A DNA stretch of 63,078 nt, counting the filler, from Bipalium vagum (Eukaryota): assembly GCA_037834085.1 (NCBI GenBank). It is 3 parts of 3 records of this genome, joined end to end, with 100 filler letters (N's around TTAATTAATTAA, not from the genome) between each part and the next. Parts side by side here need not be neighbours in the genome. Positions count along the whole stretch, not along the records: positions 20,949 to 44,263 come from JBBMKC010210373.1; 2 more parts are not named here. One strand, given 5' to 3'. The notes beneath the pieces are model-generated. The model was not told the origin of the DNA. It did not search any database and worked only from the letters and a program-made list of their open reading frames with translations. How positions within the stretch are numbered: the stretch's first letter is position 1; every line of letters starts with the position of its first letter. This document shows, piece by piece, positions 26,850 through 42,792 of this stretch. A program made the position numbers and the translations under genes.

Positions 26850-29800
26850 AATACCAGAATAATGATAACAATAGTAATAATCTAACACTAATAATCAATT
26901 AAATTCTTAAAATTTAAATTACTTTTTGATTTTTCACTTGCAGCCATTACAGTTTTGTATGCTTTTTCCAAAGGATTCCTTTTATGATGCAATATATTCT
27001 GCCTGCAATTATCGGTCCAAGGAACGAGAGGATCGACCATAGAGAGATGTTGTTGTATTTCTTCATAACTTGAAGAAATGTCTACAATTGCTTGAAAGTA
27101 ACGCATTTGTTCTTTGGCTGTAGTTATTTCGGTAGATGAATCTATTAAGACAGGCTCGTTATTTAACAAAATACAGTAACACTTATAAATCAATATTTAA
27201 AAACTACTATGAATAAAAGGTAACACTAAAAACTAACTTTAAAATACATTAAATCGATGTCTATGAGCATTGTGTATTAAAGACAAAAAATATTTAATCT
27301 AGTTTTAATAAGTTGGTAAGAAAGTAATGTCGTGTTTTATAAGGATGTTTTTTTAGCTTCAGAAACAATTTTTTTATTAAAATAATTGAAATAAATATTA
27401 ATGAGTCTTTTAGGCAGCAATCAAGCTTCCTTGAAACAACTCGTCATTTGTTGAACCAAAATTGCACTTTCAACATGCTTCTCCATCATAAATGATTTTT
27501 CGTTCAAAAAAATATTGATGTGATCGTATAGGTGAAAATTTAATGCAACAATCTCTGGGTTATTCAATCAATGTGGTGAATTTTTCTAACCAAGTTTTAC
27601 CTATTCTTCTCGGGTTGTCATTACAATACGATGTGACGCTATCTATTTGTAGAATAACATCATTTCTGTTAGGTTTTATGGGACATGTTCTTATGATTTT
27701 TTGACTTAAAGGGGAAACCTGAGCCCTGTACACATCAGCAGGAATAGCTTCATCTTTAAGAACAATGCATACTGAACTGGACGAATTTTGTCCAACCAGA
27801 TGCACAAAATTCAATTTCCCATGTGAACATTGAGTTTTGCAGAAGACAATGAAAATTCATTCAGATGAAAAATGAACTGGTTTACATTCTACATATTGTA
27901 CATAATCCACTTCTTAATACCTGTTATCAGTAGATGATTTGAAAAGGTTCATGAAAGTACTTTACTTTTATTACGAATAGAGCTAAACAACCATCCAAAC
28001 CGACCACACAATTACAATCAGAAAAATAGGAAAAATAAAAAAAGAAACGAATAAATGTGAAATATTAAAAATCATTAAATAAAAGCTAAATCAATAAAAT
28101 TGGTTATGAAATGATAATAAAAATACTTGACAATAGATTAACAATAATAACAATATAAAGCAAATAATAAAATAGTATTATTCACATTAATATTGGAAAT
28201 TATTCTATATCCGTTTAAAAAATAATTGGATTTTAAAATGTTGTAATAATAAAAGTAAAAATCGATTCTGAAGGGAATTAGGAAATGTAATTTTTAAATA
28301 ATACAAAGAGATTAAAATGGATAATCACAATGAAAATTAACATGCATTATCAATCCAAATTAATAATAACAATTTTAGCATACAAATTCCCTGTCAATAA
28401 TTCGTGGTAAATGAATCAATAAATAAATCAATGGTAATCTAGAACAAACTTTCACGGAAGCCTCTATTATTAAAATTTGATTTTAGAACCAGAGTCTGGT
28501 ATCCTGAAGAAACGTTATCATATTTACAATCCGGAATAAACAAGAAAATAATAATAAAATTACTAATAATACTAATATTGATAATGATAATAATAATAAA
28601 AATAATAAAAAATAATAATAATAACAATAACATTAAATATTATAATATCAACAATTTTCAAATCCAGTGTCAATTTCAAGGACGAAAGTTATACGCTCCA
28701 GGCTCTAAAGCTCTCCTGTCACTCTCAATTTAAGATTTTATTATGATTTTCGTAGTACTGCGATATATTGATGAAATGATTACCTCCCCCCATAGATAAA
28801 ATACGAAAATAGTCTACCAATCCTTGTAAACTATCCATGGCTCCAAATAAGAGATGAACAGTTCAAACCGTTTAAAGTAAACAGTGAAAATGAAAACTGG
28901 CTTTGATATCATTCAATGATGAAAAACCACGGAGAATAAAATTTATTTATAATGACTTTATAACAAATAATAATAACTGAAACTCTTAACAGTCCACATT
29001 TTTCTCACAATAAATCAGAAATCCACCAGAAATAATTTCTTCATGTTTTCCCAAAATTTGGAAATAGTTGAAAAATCACTTTTTGATCGATAGGAAGAAA
29101 TCCAATTTCAGAGTGTAATTATCCTACGAACCAATACATATATCCCAAGAAATAAAGTTTGAAAAACCCAGGACTTTTACAAAGGCAAACTAAATAACCG
29201 ACATCTCCAAAAGCGAACTGGAAACATTCTCAGGACAAAGTGAAATCAATTCATTAATTATTTATTTTAATGGAAATTATAAAAATGACGAATGGACTTT
29301 GATAGAATAAAAACTGTTGTAAAAATATAAATTGTATCACATACTTTGCAGCGTACTGGTGACATTGCGGAACATTTCCGTGCCTAAAGGGACATTATTG
29401 CCTTGGCCGCTACCTGGTTTCAATTTCCCTAATAATCCTTTAGGCTGGAATCCCGCTCCACGTAGCAAGTAAGCGTTAATCCTCATACTTTTCCAAGTGA
29501 TTATTGGAAATCGATTTTTTCTGTGAGTTTTAGCAATTTTTTTCAATGTTATTTCATTAAAAGTCTACAACAATTGAATGTGTTAAAATATCTTTCCTTG
29601 ATATTGGTTTTATGCAATATGGAAAGGTCGGAAATGTTACCTGCGGAACGACCATCATCGACTGATAGGATTTCACATTCTGGTATCGGTCATTGAAATT
29701 ATGAATTAATCTGACCGATTCATTTCGATTGTTGTTATTATTATTACTGTTCTTATCGGCCACACCGAATGATCCTGGAAAATTTCCCATGTTCATGCGA

Positions 29801-32800
29801 TAATACTCTTGGTATCCAAGAGTTGAACGCAATTTTTCCAGTAATTTTGCATCTGTTAGCGGGTAATTTAATTCTAGAACAAAGTCTGAAAAAATAGAGG
29901 CTTCAACAAGCAAGAAATTCACATAACACGTACAATTGAAGTAAACATTAAAAATAGTTAAATGATTGATGGATGATCAAGTAAAGAAGATCAATACGGT
30001 TTATAAGACATAAATGAGACCATAAAGCTATCTAATTCTGAAAATTCATTATTTTTCATTATCATCCAAATTCATTGATAGAGCCGAAATTGTGAGAAAC
30101 CAAGTTAAAAGACGGGTTTAAAAAGCGTTTAAAATAACACAATTTGAGTAAAATATTTTTTATACTAAGAAATATAACAGAAGCATTATAAAATCATAAT
30201 GTTATTTTATCTTGTGTGACTCATCTAATCTGAAGGACAAACATTAACATGGAAACTTCACCATTATTCAGGATAATGCTAGTCTTCATGTAGTCAAATT
30301 TACCAATTTTTTCTTGAAGAAGAATTCAATCAAGCGTAAAACACAACCACCGCATTCGCCTGCCTTAAACCTGATGGATGGCTTCATATTTCTGAATTTG
30401 AAATCAAAGAAGATTGAAAATATTCAAATCTGTTCACGAAATTAAAAAAAACAGTTCTTAAGGGAGAAGATAACATACGAGATGCCTCATGAATTGAACC
30501 GATTGAGAAACGATTTGGACAGTATCATTTTGTATGAATATTAGTCATAAAATTTTGTACGATTTCTGGAATAATTTTTTTTAAAAAGCGGTTTTTTATG
30601 GGTCCTTTATATTTGTGACTATTTTTCTTATTCCGATGAATTAAGCACATTTCTCAAAAATACCTTTCAATAACTGCTGACGTAGATAATCAATTATTAT
30701 TTCTCCTTACTGCATTAAACATATTAAAAAATTATACATTGAGAAAAAGATATCTATTTTAAAAGATTAATTATTTTAGAGAATAATACCCGGTAATTAA
30801 AATGTTCAATGCGTTTAAAATATATACTAAAATTATTAAATGTGGCACACATTTTACTATTTTAACTAAAATACAATTTTGTAATTATCTAAAAAATCAA
30901 TTATTTCTTTAACATTTTCAAACTTTCTAAATTAAAACCTCCAATAACAGAAAATGAGAAGAACGAATACTGAGAAAAAATATTTCGACTGTCCCTTAAA
31001 ATCTGAATTAATTTAAATTATTTCCTTAGACTCCTGGAAAACAATAGTAAGTGTACAAGTGAGATTCTGCCCTTTTTTATAGTTGATAAAATAAATGACA
31101 AAGGGAAAAAGAAAATGAAATGTTTATTAAAAATAATTAAATAATAATAATAATCAATTTTCCAGACAATTTGTGAATCCCTTTATAAAAAAAATGATGA
31201 TGTTTCGACGAATCTTTCTCTAACCATTTCTGAACATCTTCATAATTTTTAAAATAAATTCAGACAAGCCATGTGCGAAAGACCGGAACAAGTGGTAATC
31301 CGACGGACACATTTCAGCTGAGTACGGTGGGTGAGGTCTTTTAAATCTCAAATCAGGTCATTTAATTTGTCTTTAACAATTTTAACAATTTTTTTTTTCA
31401 TGCCTAAAAACTCATTCTGATCGTTTTGCTGTGTTTCTTATTTAAATGCATTACTTAATTTTCATAAGGAATACCGGTAACAACTTCTCCTGTTTTCAGT
31501 ACCTCTTAGTAAATAATACCTTTTTGATCCCACCATACACAAAATAACATATTTTTGTTTAAAAAAGATTATTTTTAAAAAATCCACTCTTCATCTCCAG
31601 TAAGGATAGGATGAAGGAAAGACTTCCCTTTATTCCTCTTAATCAAAATTTTGAAAGTGGTTTTCTCTGCTGCTTGCTTCTTTCGGTTCTTTCAAAAGGT
31701 ACCCACTTTCCTTTCTGAATTTTTCTCATATTATGTAACTGATTTGAAATCGCTCGTAGCGTTAAACTCCGAAATGAAGCCAATGGTTTTTTTCCTTCGA
31801 GCGTGGTCTTCGTTAAATAACACTTGCAGGTTAGTTTTCAATTTTTTGGTAGTCTTCCATGATCTTAATCATTCACATCAAAATCACAGGTTTAGAATCC
31901 TTGAAATATAGTTGCCATAAGCCTTTATATCAATTTATCTACAGTTTGATCTTAGAAAATTAAAAATACAAAATAACGCTTTTTGCAAATTTCGTTTTAC
32001 AGGCTTGATCTAAAATCTAAATCTGAACATTATACATACTCATTTTGCAAAATTTCAGCATTAATAGCGTTTAAGCTACACTTTTTTTAAACAAAATTAT
32101 TTTGAAATATTTCTTTGTTAAAAAAAGTTGGAAGAATAGGCGTTATTTCCAATTCAGATATACTTTAATTTTTCTCAGTGAGAAATCAAGTTTGTCAAAT
32201 TGATTCTAAAGAGAGAATACTGGTTCCAAAAGGTATAGACAATATTTTTCTCTAATAAAAATTTTTTCAACTGTCTAAAAATTGAAGATCATCGCATTTT
32301 GTTAAAGCATATATATGAATGTTGACATAGTAATGGTTCACTGTAGTTCATGGAAGCAGTGCGTGATATCCATAATTATTCCACATAAATGAAAAGACTT
32401 CGTTCAGTTTTTAGGTTCTGTGTTGGTGGAGTGGGGAATATTTTCTTTGACAACTGTTTCACGAATTTTACTTAATATCAGATTAAGAATGTTCGTTTCT
32501 TTTATAAATTTTAAAATACTTCTTTAATCAAATGAATTACACCAAATTAATCAAAAATTTATAAATAATCACTAAGAAGAAAATAATCACACATTCATCT
32601 AATCAAATTTTCGAGTTCCACCAAATCAATTTCCATCTGAAATTCACTCATTGCCTTTCAAGTTTCAGCTAAGTTCAGTAAAGATCTTTATTAAATCAAC
32701 TCCAGAAAGTCAATAATCAAGAAACCCTCGAATTTATAATGCTTTCCGCAATTTTTACTCAGATTATTGAACGTTGCCAAGAATTAATTAATAATAATGG

Positions 32801-35800
32801 AAACTGCGTTATTGATTTATTTATCGTAATGTTTTTTCTAAAAGTAAATTAAAAATATATTATGATGTCTTTATTTTTATATAAATCTTGTTCAGATTAA
32901 TGTACATGTTACTTATTTCCCAATCAAAGAATTGATAGATTTCATACTTTTAAAAAATAAATAAATAAAGTAAAACCATGTAAAAAAAGAATTTTTTAAA
33001 AATTAACTTATTTCTCAAAAATTATTAGAATTTCCCACATCGTTACATTTATTTCAAAAGGTATACCTTTTTGTAGTATAAGGATAATAAAAAATTTTCA
33101 ACATTTAATTTAACTAATAATTAAAATTAATTCATATAATAAAATTCAAATTTTCAACAAATCTTCACCTCTGTTTTCATCATCATGAACAGCACTGCTA
33201 CTTTGTTCAGATTCAGATTCGGATATTCCTTTGGATTTACCCGTAGATGAAGGAGGCGAGAGACCTTTCATCTTGCTAATGCCTTCCTTGGCACGTATAA
33301 GAGTATTACGAGGAAATGAAATTTTCTGTTTGAGGTTGCTGTGAATTGATGGACTAGTAGTGGAAAACGAATAATTTTGACTAGAATAGAAAGAGCTATT
33401 TGATTCTGATGCATATCGTTTATGGGGTTCGACATTTTCATCAGGTAACCCAGTGCAATAATTCATTTTCTGATGTGCATTGCAAATCTTATCGGAAATG
33501 TTGAAAGAAAGACTTAAGACTTGTGGATACCGAAGTGCCTAAAGATTTATTTATCACACTGATTCAAATGGAAAAGCAATAGAAATATTTTTCTTTTTTA
33601 TTATTTAACGTTTATCGCCGACCTTTAATATATTATATTAAAAATATTATTATTCACTCTTATAAAAAATATCTTTTAAAATTTTCGTAATTATTGTTTG
33701 ATTATTATGATTACTTTATTATAAATTTACAATTTTAAAAATTATAATTTTAAAAATAGATTTAAAAATCTTTATTATCGCCTTGATTTGTATCATTAAT
33801 TTTATGACTTGTTCAAAGTCAATGGATATATTAATAATTTACATATAAAATATTAAGTTAAGTTTTTCTAAATTTTGAGAAAATAAAAACAGTTAATAAA
33901 ACAATATTTTCTTTGTTACATTAATGCTCATCAAATTTCATTGATTATTTTTATTAGAGATCTGTTTAAAAAATTTTATTGATAATACAGATGTGAAAAT
34001 CTATAAATCTTTCTAATGAAATTCGTCAACAATTCTAATGATTAGATTTGATTTGACTTTCCTCATTATAAATAAATTGATTTTTAAATTTGAAATTGAC
34101 CATAATAATTTCTTGTACACAATAAAAATATAAATAAATAATAAAAGCAATAAACTTGTGTCATCGATTAAAAATTAATTATTTTAATTAATTCTTAGTA
34201 AAAACAGTAAAAATTCACACAATAGAAAAACAATATAATATAATGACAAGTGAAAAAAAGAATTTCTAAAATCTGTTACTCTGGATTTCCTATTTATCTG
34301 ATTGACTGGCCAAAAATAAAGCTACTTGTTTTACTTCTTAAATCTAAGTCTAAATTATATTTAGATTATTCCAATTGTAAAATTAAAAAACTTCAATTGA
34401 ATTAATTAAATAAATTAAACTAAATTAAGTAACAAAAATAATTGAGTGAATCGAATACCATTTTAATTATCGAAGAGTAATATATATTTGGTTATTATGT
34501 TCTCATGAATTAAGCATTGGTTAAAACAAACCTCTAATGGAGACTGTCAGTCTCACATTTAAAACAAAACTAATGTTTTTTTAATAATTATAGCATAACA
34601 AAATCAGATTTTTATACAAACAAAAATCAATATCTTTAGACGGAAAATCAATTAAATGAAACCAATTAAGATAAAAAACCAATTTAGCTTCAATGAAAAA
34701 AATATTAATTACAATAAATTCAAAGAAAATTGTTAAGACACAAAACAGAAAAATTTTGAATAATTATATTTTAGAAATATAAAAGAAATAATAAAAAAAT
34801 TAAAGATAATATACCATCATTAATACGTGTGCAGCTGGACAAGTTTGTGGATCTAGTACCAATCATACTTTCCAAAATATGCACCTTTAATGTCATAAGA
34901 CTTTTTAATTTTTGAATCATTTTTCCACCTTAAAGCTGGCACTTTAGATTCCAACAATACTTCGAATTTTGAAGTAACTTTTTCAGGCGATGAAAGCGCT
35001 TACCATTTAATTTCTTCTTTATGGTTGCCAAAAGAAATAAGTTACAAGTTGATAAGTCAGTTGAATAATGGTAATCTGTCATTATTTCTACGATTTGATG
35101 ACTGCAAAATCGATCATTGATGGGCCGTATGAGACCTCGTGTCGTCATGAAGAATAATTTTTCGATTTCGATTGTTCCCCTTGATTTTCGAAATCATTTA
35201 TGGTAAACAGACTAATGTTAACCATTCAGTATTGACAGTACTTTGATTTTCTAAAGTTATCGTTGCCACATGTCCTTGTAAAGTGAAGAAGCAGGTAAAT
35301 AATTAATTTTCAGTATTACGAGACCGAACAATTTTTGTTGATTTGTATTCACCTTTAAATACACAAACGTAGATTATTGTTTACTTTCAGGGGCGTACGA
35401 ATAAATCCCCACGTTTCATGACTAGTTACGATATGGTAAATTAAAATTGAAAGACCTTTTAATTATCGGTGGCATTTTTGGTATCATTGAACACGATATT
35501 CTTTTTCAGAAGATAGGATACAACGACTACATAGCTTCCGTACCACCAGATTGTTGTGCAAAATTGTTTCAATTACTTTCATGCTGATATCAACGGATGC
35601 CTCAATTTCACGGGATTTGATATTTCGATCTCTTACAGTCATTTCATGTACAGCCTCAAAATTAGTGATTTAAATGGATGCTGATGGAAGACCATCACGA
35701 AATTCATGTTTTAAACTTTTGCGCCGCGCTGCTATTCTGCTATCCATTTCAAAACTTTTTAGTGGTGCTTCAGGGTACAACCACTTTTAAATCTTTGAAC

Positions 35801-38800
35801 GTTAATTTTTAGTCAAAGTTTCTTATTTTATTTGTAACTCCTTTTTATAACTCGGATATAACTCAAAGTGACCGATTCTATAAACTTTTCCAGAATCAAA
35901 AACATTAATAGTGATAATAATAGTTCTATGTTATAAAATATTTTAAGATTATATAATATTTAAAAAAAGAATTTATTAATTTTACTTAAATATATTATAT
36001 AATTATTTTAATTAACTTAAGTTATTTTAAATATTTGGTTGTGCAGTATGAAATTTCCATTTTAATAGTATTTTTTTGGAAAAGTTGTAAATCATGTAAT
36101 AATTAACTAAATTAAATTTTTACATATCATTTTAAAGCTTAGAATTCACTGTATCATATAATACTAAATCATTATATAAATATCAATTTTATATGGAAAT
36201 TTTACAAATGGCGTATAACTTGACAAACCATGATTTTCGTGTTCTTTTTTAATTTGAGTGAAAAATGAGACATAATACTCAAGAAGGTGCTAGAAACATT
36301 AATTATACATTTGGCAAGATTCTGCCAACGCACGTACCTACATCGTTGGTTTGACAAATTTAAATCCGATGTTCTAATCATGATAAACTGTGATCGAGGA
36401 AGGCCTAAAACCACCATTGTTGATAATGAATTACAAGCAGCAGTTGAACTGAATTCGAGACAATCCTTTCGGGAACTTTCAATACAACTCATTTAAAGTC
36501 ATTGGTAAAATAAAGAAGATGGAACAATGGGTACCACATTTATTGAGTAATTCTCAAACAACTAACCGCCTAGATATAGGCAAATCATTATTAGTTTGTC
36601 ATGAAAAAGATAAATTTTTTAAACCGCATAATTACTTCTGACGACAAGTAAGTTCTTTACCATAACCGTCGACGTTCGGCACAATGGTTAAGTGTGATTC
36701 AATTAGTTAATTGAAGTTCCATCTTTCTGTTCAAAACCCGATTTGCACCCAAAGAAATAATGATTACCGTTTGGTGATCTATCGCTGGTGTAGTGCATTA
36801 TTCTTTTCTAGAACCAAAGGAAACTATCACAGCAGATAAATGTTGTTTCGAACTTGAACTCACACACCAAAAATTATGCATTCAACAGCCTTTGTTGGTC
36901 AATAGGAAAAGTATTCTTCTGCTGCATGATAATGTCCGTCAAAATGTTTCTAATAAAACGCTGTAAAAGTTAACTGAATTAAATATTGAAGTTTTGAAAC
37001 ATCCTCCATATCCACCAGACCTTGCTCCGACGATTTTCAACTATTCAAGCATTTAGATCATGTCATCTCAAAAGTTTTCGAAGACCAAGAAGGTGTAAAA
37101 AAGGCCATCTCGGACTTCATAAATTCCAGAGACGAAGATTTTTATAGAAATGGAATCCAAAACTTGTATCTTATTGGGAGAAATGTTGCACAGCCAATTT
37201 ATTTAAAAAATATTTATTGGTACTTTTTTTGAATTTTAAAACTTATTGTGTAATCGGACATTCCATACTGAACAACCTAATATTATAATTTAAATTATGA
37301 TTTTAAAATTAAAAATTCCAGTCATCTGACTAAAAGGGAAAATAAAATATATTAAAAATAGATTATAAAATGGGCTAACCCATAATTTACTGGAAAGCTC
37401 TTCCTTGATTTCTGGAGATGAATCCTCTTGCTCTAGCCCAATCTTAAGCATCTGGAAGGTATTAGACCGAATTCTGATAATATCCAAACAACCATCACCC
37501 CCTCTTGCTTTCACAGCGCGACTATTACCAAAATTAAAGGAAACACTTTGCGAGTTTTGAATATTAAGGATAAATGATTTCATTCCTAATTTCTTAATGG
37601 ACTTTAAGGCTGAGATTGGAAAACTGCGACACACTAGCTTATTGGATTCTGACGAAACCCATTTCCACATTAAATTTATCAATATGTGCAAAAAATATTA
37701 CGATAGGGATCTTTAGGAGCACCATGGAATACAAGTCGATAATTGGTCAAGAACAAAGCTCCTTGAGCAGGTAAAAGTGGACGTAAAGCATCAAAATCAT
37801 CTTCTTCATCATTCATTCTATTATGAACCAAGCCGCCTTGACAACCTCCATTCAATCCTTCGAAATCCTGTTCCCGTTGTCGTTGCATATCTAACTTCTC
37901 ATGTCTTCCATCCAGAAGAAGATGACAACGTAGACTTTCTTTATTATTTATGGTAATTACAATTTCACTGGGTAACAGAACTGGACTCGTTACTTCGACC
38001 TTTGTTAATTATAAATTGTCATTGTTGCAAATGTCGATTTATCTCACTTTTTTCACTTTTGGAATATTTTGAACTTCAGGATATATTGATTCCAAGTTTG
38101 AAATGTGTCCCTCAATAATTCCTGAGAAAAATAAAAACTAAAGATCGGCCTTTAACAGAAATCACAATGACACGATTTTCAAATCAATGCGAATCTTTTA
38201 AAAAATTTTCTAGTAGAATAAAATTTTGAAATAAACTGTAGATCCAATGTCAGTATCCAATCAAGAATAAAAGGAAATCAGGTTTTTCAAAATAAAATTT
38301 ATACAAAAAGTAGTTTAATCTAAAAAAATTTTGAGATACCGAGGAAGAATGATAAAAAGTTGAGTAAAACAAGGTTAAGTGGTCCTCTGCTTATGTAAAA
38401 TTTGATTTGAATGAATTTAATTTTTAAAAAATTAACTAAATTTTGTATTCAAAAAAGTGATCATATAGGCACAAATTCTAAATAAAATTTAAGGTTTACT
38501 GTACCCTCAAAATAATTAAACAAGACCTATTATAGATTTTGCTTACAATAATGTGTTGAAAATCCAAGATGCAAATCTATATTGATTAATTATTAAATTT
38601 TAATTCAAAATTCATTTGGGAAATGTTCCTATGACGTTCTAAGTTTTTATGATGTTAATCAATTAGAAATGCCTCTCTTCCATAAATATATAAAATTTTC
38701 CAAATGTGACTATTAACTTAAAAACCCTTTGATAATGGCAGAGGATATCATTTGAATTAATGTGGTGATTTTTATTTTGAAGAAACTGATTTTTTCATGT

Positions 38801-41460
38801 TTGTCAACCACTGAGTTTTATTGAAGATGGATTACTTTGTGAGATGAAATGTTAACTTAAAAAATCCTTTCCCAATTCAAAAATCCGTGAGAAATAATCA
38901 ATCTCTATTTTAACAAGAATAGTTATAAAATAAAATAATTTTATATTTTATAACCAATAACTGCAATTATAAAATTTGACTCAAAACTAATTAAGTTAAT
39001 TACCAATCAATAAGTTCGGAGGTTGACTGATAACCTAATAGATATAAATAACAAAAATCAATAACAATTTAGAAATTTTTGAAAACGAAAACTGAGTTTA
39101 AGTCTGATTCTAAACATTGAACTTCATTTTTGGATTAATGAATTCCAAAGTAATCTTAAGAAAAAGAAAAAAGGTGTATGCATAAGTTTCAGTCATTTTT
39201 TGAGAACTGTTTAAATAATCCAAATAATAATCTAACAGCTCTCACCAAATTGTATTTCGGTTTTTAGATATTAAATTTTATGAAACTTATTATTTTAATT
39301 TAGTTTCTTATATAATATCGAAAATATTATTGAAAATTAGTAACGAAAAAACATACATTCGACAATACATTAAATATGAGTTTCAACAAGGTAAAAATAA
39401 TGTTAAAGAATTTAAATTGATATGCTCTATTCTTGCGGAAAATGCAGTTTCCCACGGCACATGTAAATTTTGGTACTTTGCATATGCTGGGATATGAGAG
39501 GCCCTAATCATTATGAGTTCTTTCATGTAGGTGAGACTATGAATGCAAAACGTTACAGCAAGTAGTTAATGTATTTGGCTGAAAAAATATAGAAAAAAGA
39601 CCTTTTTCCGGACAAGGATCGCATATGATATTTTTGCTGCATGACAATAATAGGTCACCTGTGACTAAAAATCCGTGAGAAATTATCTTACAATTAGCGT
39701 TCTTCCTTACACGACTTATTCTCGGACATAGATCCTAAAGGTTACCATCATTTTTGTTCAATGCTACACTTTTCAGTCAGATGTCACTTCAAAAATGTTT
39801 CCGAGATACGAGAATTTATGAATAATTTCCTTGCTTAGATACCTAAAATTTTTTATCGTTCTGGTATTCATCAATTACCTGAAAGGTAGCAAACAGTGAT
39901 GGACAATAATTTTTCATATTTTTTTGATTGATCTTTTGTAATTTTATTGTATAAATAAATAATTATTAGCTTTTTTATAACATTCAATTTTATTTTAAAA
40001 AAATAAAACTTATTCATAACCCTAATATTATTCTATTTTACAAATATTTAAAGGGAGACCTTTTTTATTTATATTGTTAGAACGGTAATTTTTAGTGTAA
40101 TTTCAAAAAAATAAAAAACATTGTAAAAATTATTTTTTAACAAATATATCAATAAATATTCGATTATCAAATAAAAATAGATTTCGATTATGTATATTAT
40201 TGAACTCTGAAATTGCAAAGATAGATTTTTTTCTTTCATAAAATTATTTTCCAATTCACAATTTAATAATCGAAAAAAATATATATAAATGAAAATAAAA
40301 TGATAAAATTCATCTATTGGGGAAGAAAATGTGGTAAAATACTAACATCAAAGATGATCATTTAACATGTATCTATAAGATAACAGATTAAAGGAAATTA
40401 CTTTAGTTGAATCTGATTGGCTGTAAATAGCTGATAAAAAACGAATTCAAAATTAATTATGATTTCAGTAAGTTTATATAACTGAGCTCCAAGATTTATT
40501 TGATAAAAAATGAAACAAACAAGTTATTTTAAGAATGATATAATATTAAATCTTATATTAGAAAGATTTGATTGGGTTAAAATACCTAATAAAAATAAAT
40601 TAAAATTAATAATAACAGTAAGTCCACACATCGAGTATAAAAGTTTACTTTATGATAAAATTTATCTCAAACATAAAAAATAAATTATTTATAAAATGAT
40701 AAAAGATAATTTTATATATGATAGATTAATGTTTAGTTAAAACAATATTAAAAAGAATTTAAAATTAAAATAACAAAAATTATTTTATTATCAAATCTGA
40801 AAATGTAATCATTGGTCACCTTGGACAAATTTTTGAGACTAAGAACATTTTGCTTTGTCATAATCAACGGGCTTTGTTCACAGAACTTAACATTTATTTC
40901 GACTTTGTTCCATTGACTAAGATAACTAAGTTAGAGGGATAGTGATAAAAATAAACTTATTTATTTACACCTTCTTCTTATTTCTAAATTTATTAATAAA
41001 GTTTCCATTATTAGAATATAGTATTCACGCCTATGCTAGACCACCAACACTCACTAACAACTTCTTTTGATATTACATTCTGTGTGTGTGTGTTTCAGTT
41101 ATCCATCATTTTTGTTTCTGTTTTTCATGGAGTTCATGTGGAATCTACTTACATAACTTTTTCTTCTTTTCTAAATAATTTAAATTGTTTATTGTTAATT
41201 TGTAGGCACTCTGAGATTTCAAGTGGTCTGAAATATTGTTGAGTCGCGTAAAATCTCATACTTCATAATGATGAACATTTCAGATAAATCCATTTTAAAT
41301 AAAATTGATTAATTAAAAAATTTGATTAATATTTTTGAGTTTACAAAGATTACTTTAAACAGCAGAAATATGTTAATTACCAACACAATAAACTAAAAGA
41401 TAAAGCTAAAGATAAATAGTTAAAATTGGAAATATGTATTATAGATCTTTATTATTATCA

Positions 41461-41504
<44 letters not shown>

Positions 41505-42717
41505 GGCCTCCACAATTAACTTTATCATATAATAAATATTGAAAAATTGATCATCTAAAAATAAAAAGTTAATTAATGAACTGCCTAATATCTTGATGAC
41601 AATAACGGAACCAGTTTCGAACTGTCGTAATAGATTTGTCTGCCGATAATTGTCCTTTCCTTACAAACGTCATTGGTTTTCTTCCATGCATAATTCCATG
41701 CATAAAAATGTGTTCAATTGCTAAAAATTTGAAATATTGTTGGTTCGTATTTTATGTGTACATAACAATACATAAACGAATTAAAAATAATTAGACATTT
41801 TAACAATGCTGCCCAAAGTCATTTACATCAACAAAATATCGGAATGACATATTGCCACATAATTAATTATTAAACAATAGTAAGGTCGATCTTCTTTCGA
41901 AATTCCAAACAAAGAGAACAATAAAAATTAGGGAATCCAGGAAAAATAACCAATGAAATTTCAAAATAAAAAATAGATATTAATGAAATATTGTAAAATA
42001 ATTGATACCTTCAATTTTACTTTTGATATTTTCAATACTGATCTGTGCTAAATTATTATCTGACGCTGTTTTGTCAACAAACTTCTTGAGCCATGTTTCT
42101 AGATTCGATACTCTTGTATTAACAAACAGGTTATCATCATAGCCACTTTCACTGTCAAAATTACCACCACCGGAAGCACTAAGATCAGTAAGAATATGAT
42201 AGTAATTATTTACTTGTTATCATTGGTTATTATTATTAATATTGTTAGATATATTATTATTTATTTATTATTATTACCGAAATATCAAATAATACCTGGT
42301 AGCCATGCTTATTCTATCCCCGTAATCACTTGGATAATTATGTACTTGCTGTTGTTGCAAGTGGTTTGGGTGAGACTTTTGTTCGTTTCTATCCACTAGA
42401 TTTAATGGAATTCGAAAATTTACAATCAATGTGATAAAGTGCAAAATTTGAGCATAGACGGTCGACTCTTCTAATTTTTGAACTTCCAAATCTGGAATGT
42501 CGATAATTTTCATTTCTTCTGCAGCCATATCCAATGCTGACATTTTATTCGTATAAAGGATTCTTTTACAGTCTGGTTCTTTCCAACCCGGACTACACCC
42601 GTTGCTACCTGAAGATCGAGATTTGGAGATATTCCCCAAAGACGGTTGAGAAGAAGTACCGGCATTATGAGACCAACTTTTCTGTTTAAGTATAGCAATA
42701 CTAACTTTTAAGAACAA

Positions 42718-42792
<75 letters not shown>

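Noticed and set aside
26633-26851. Poly-Tyr/Ile/Leu ORFs (also 28439, 42274 N-terminus, 50463 C-terminus, 51462)
   Set aside because: Translations of intronic (AAT)n microsatellites.
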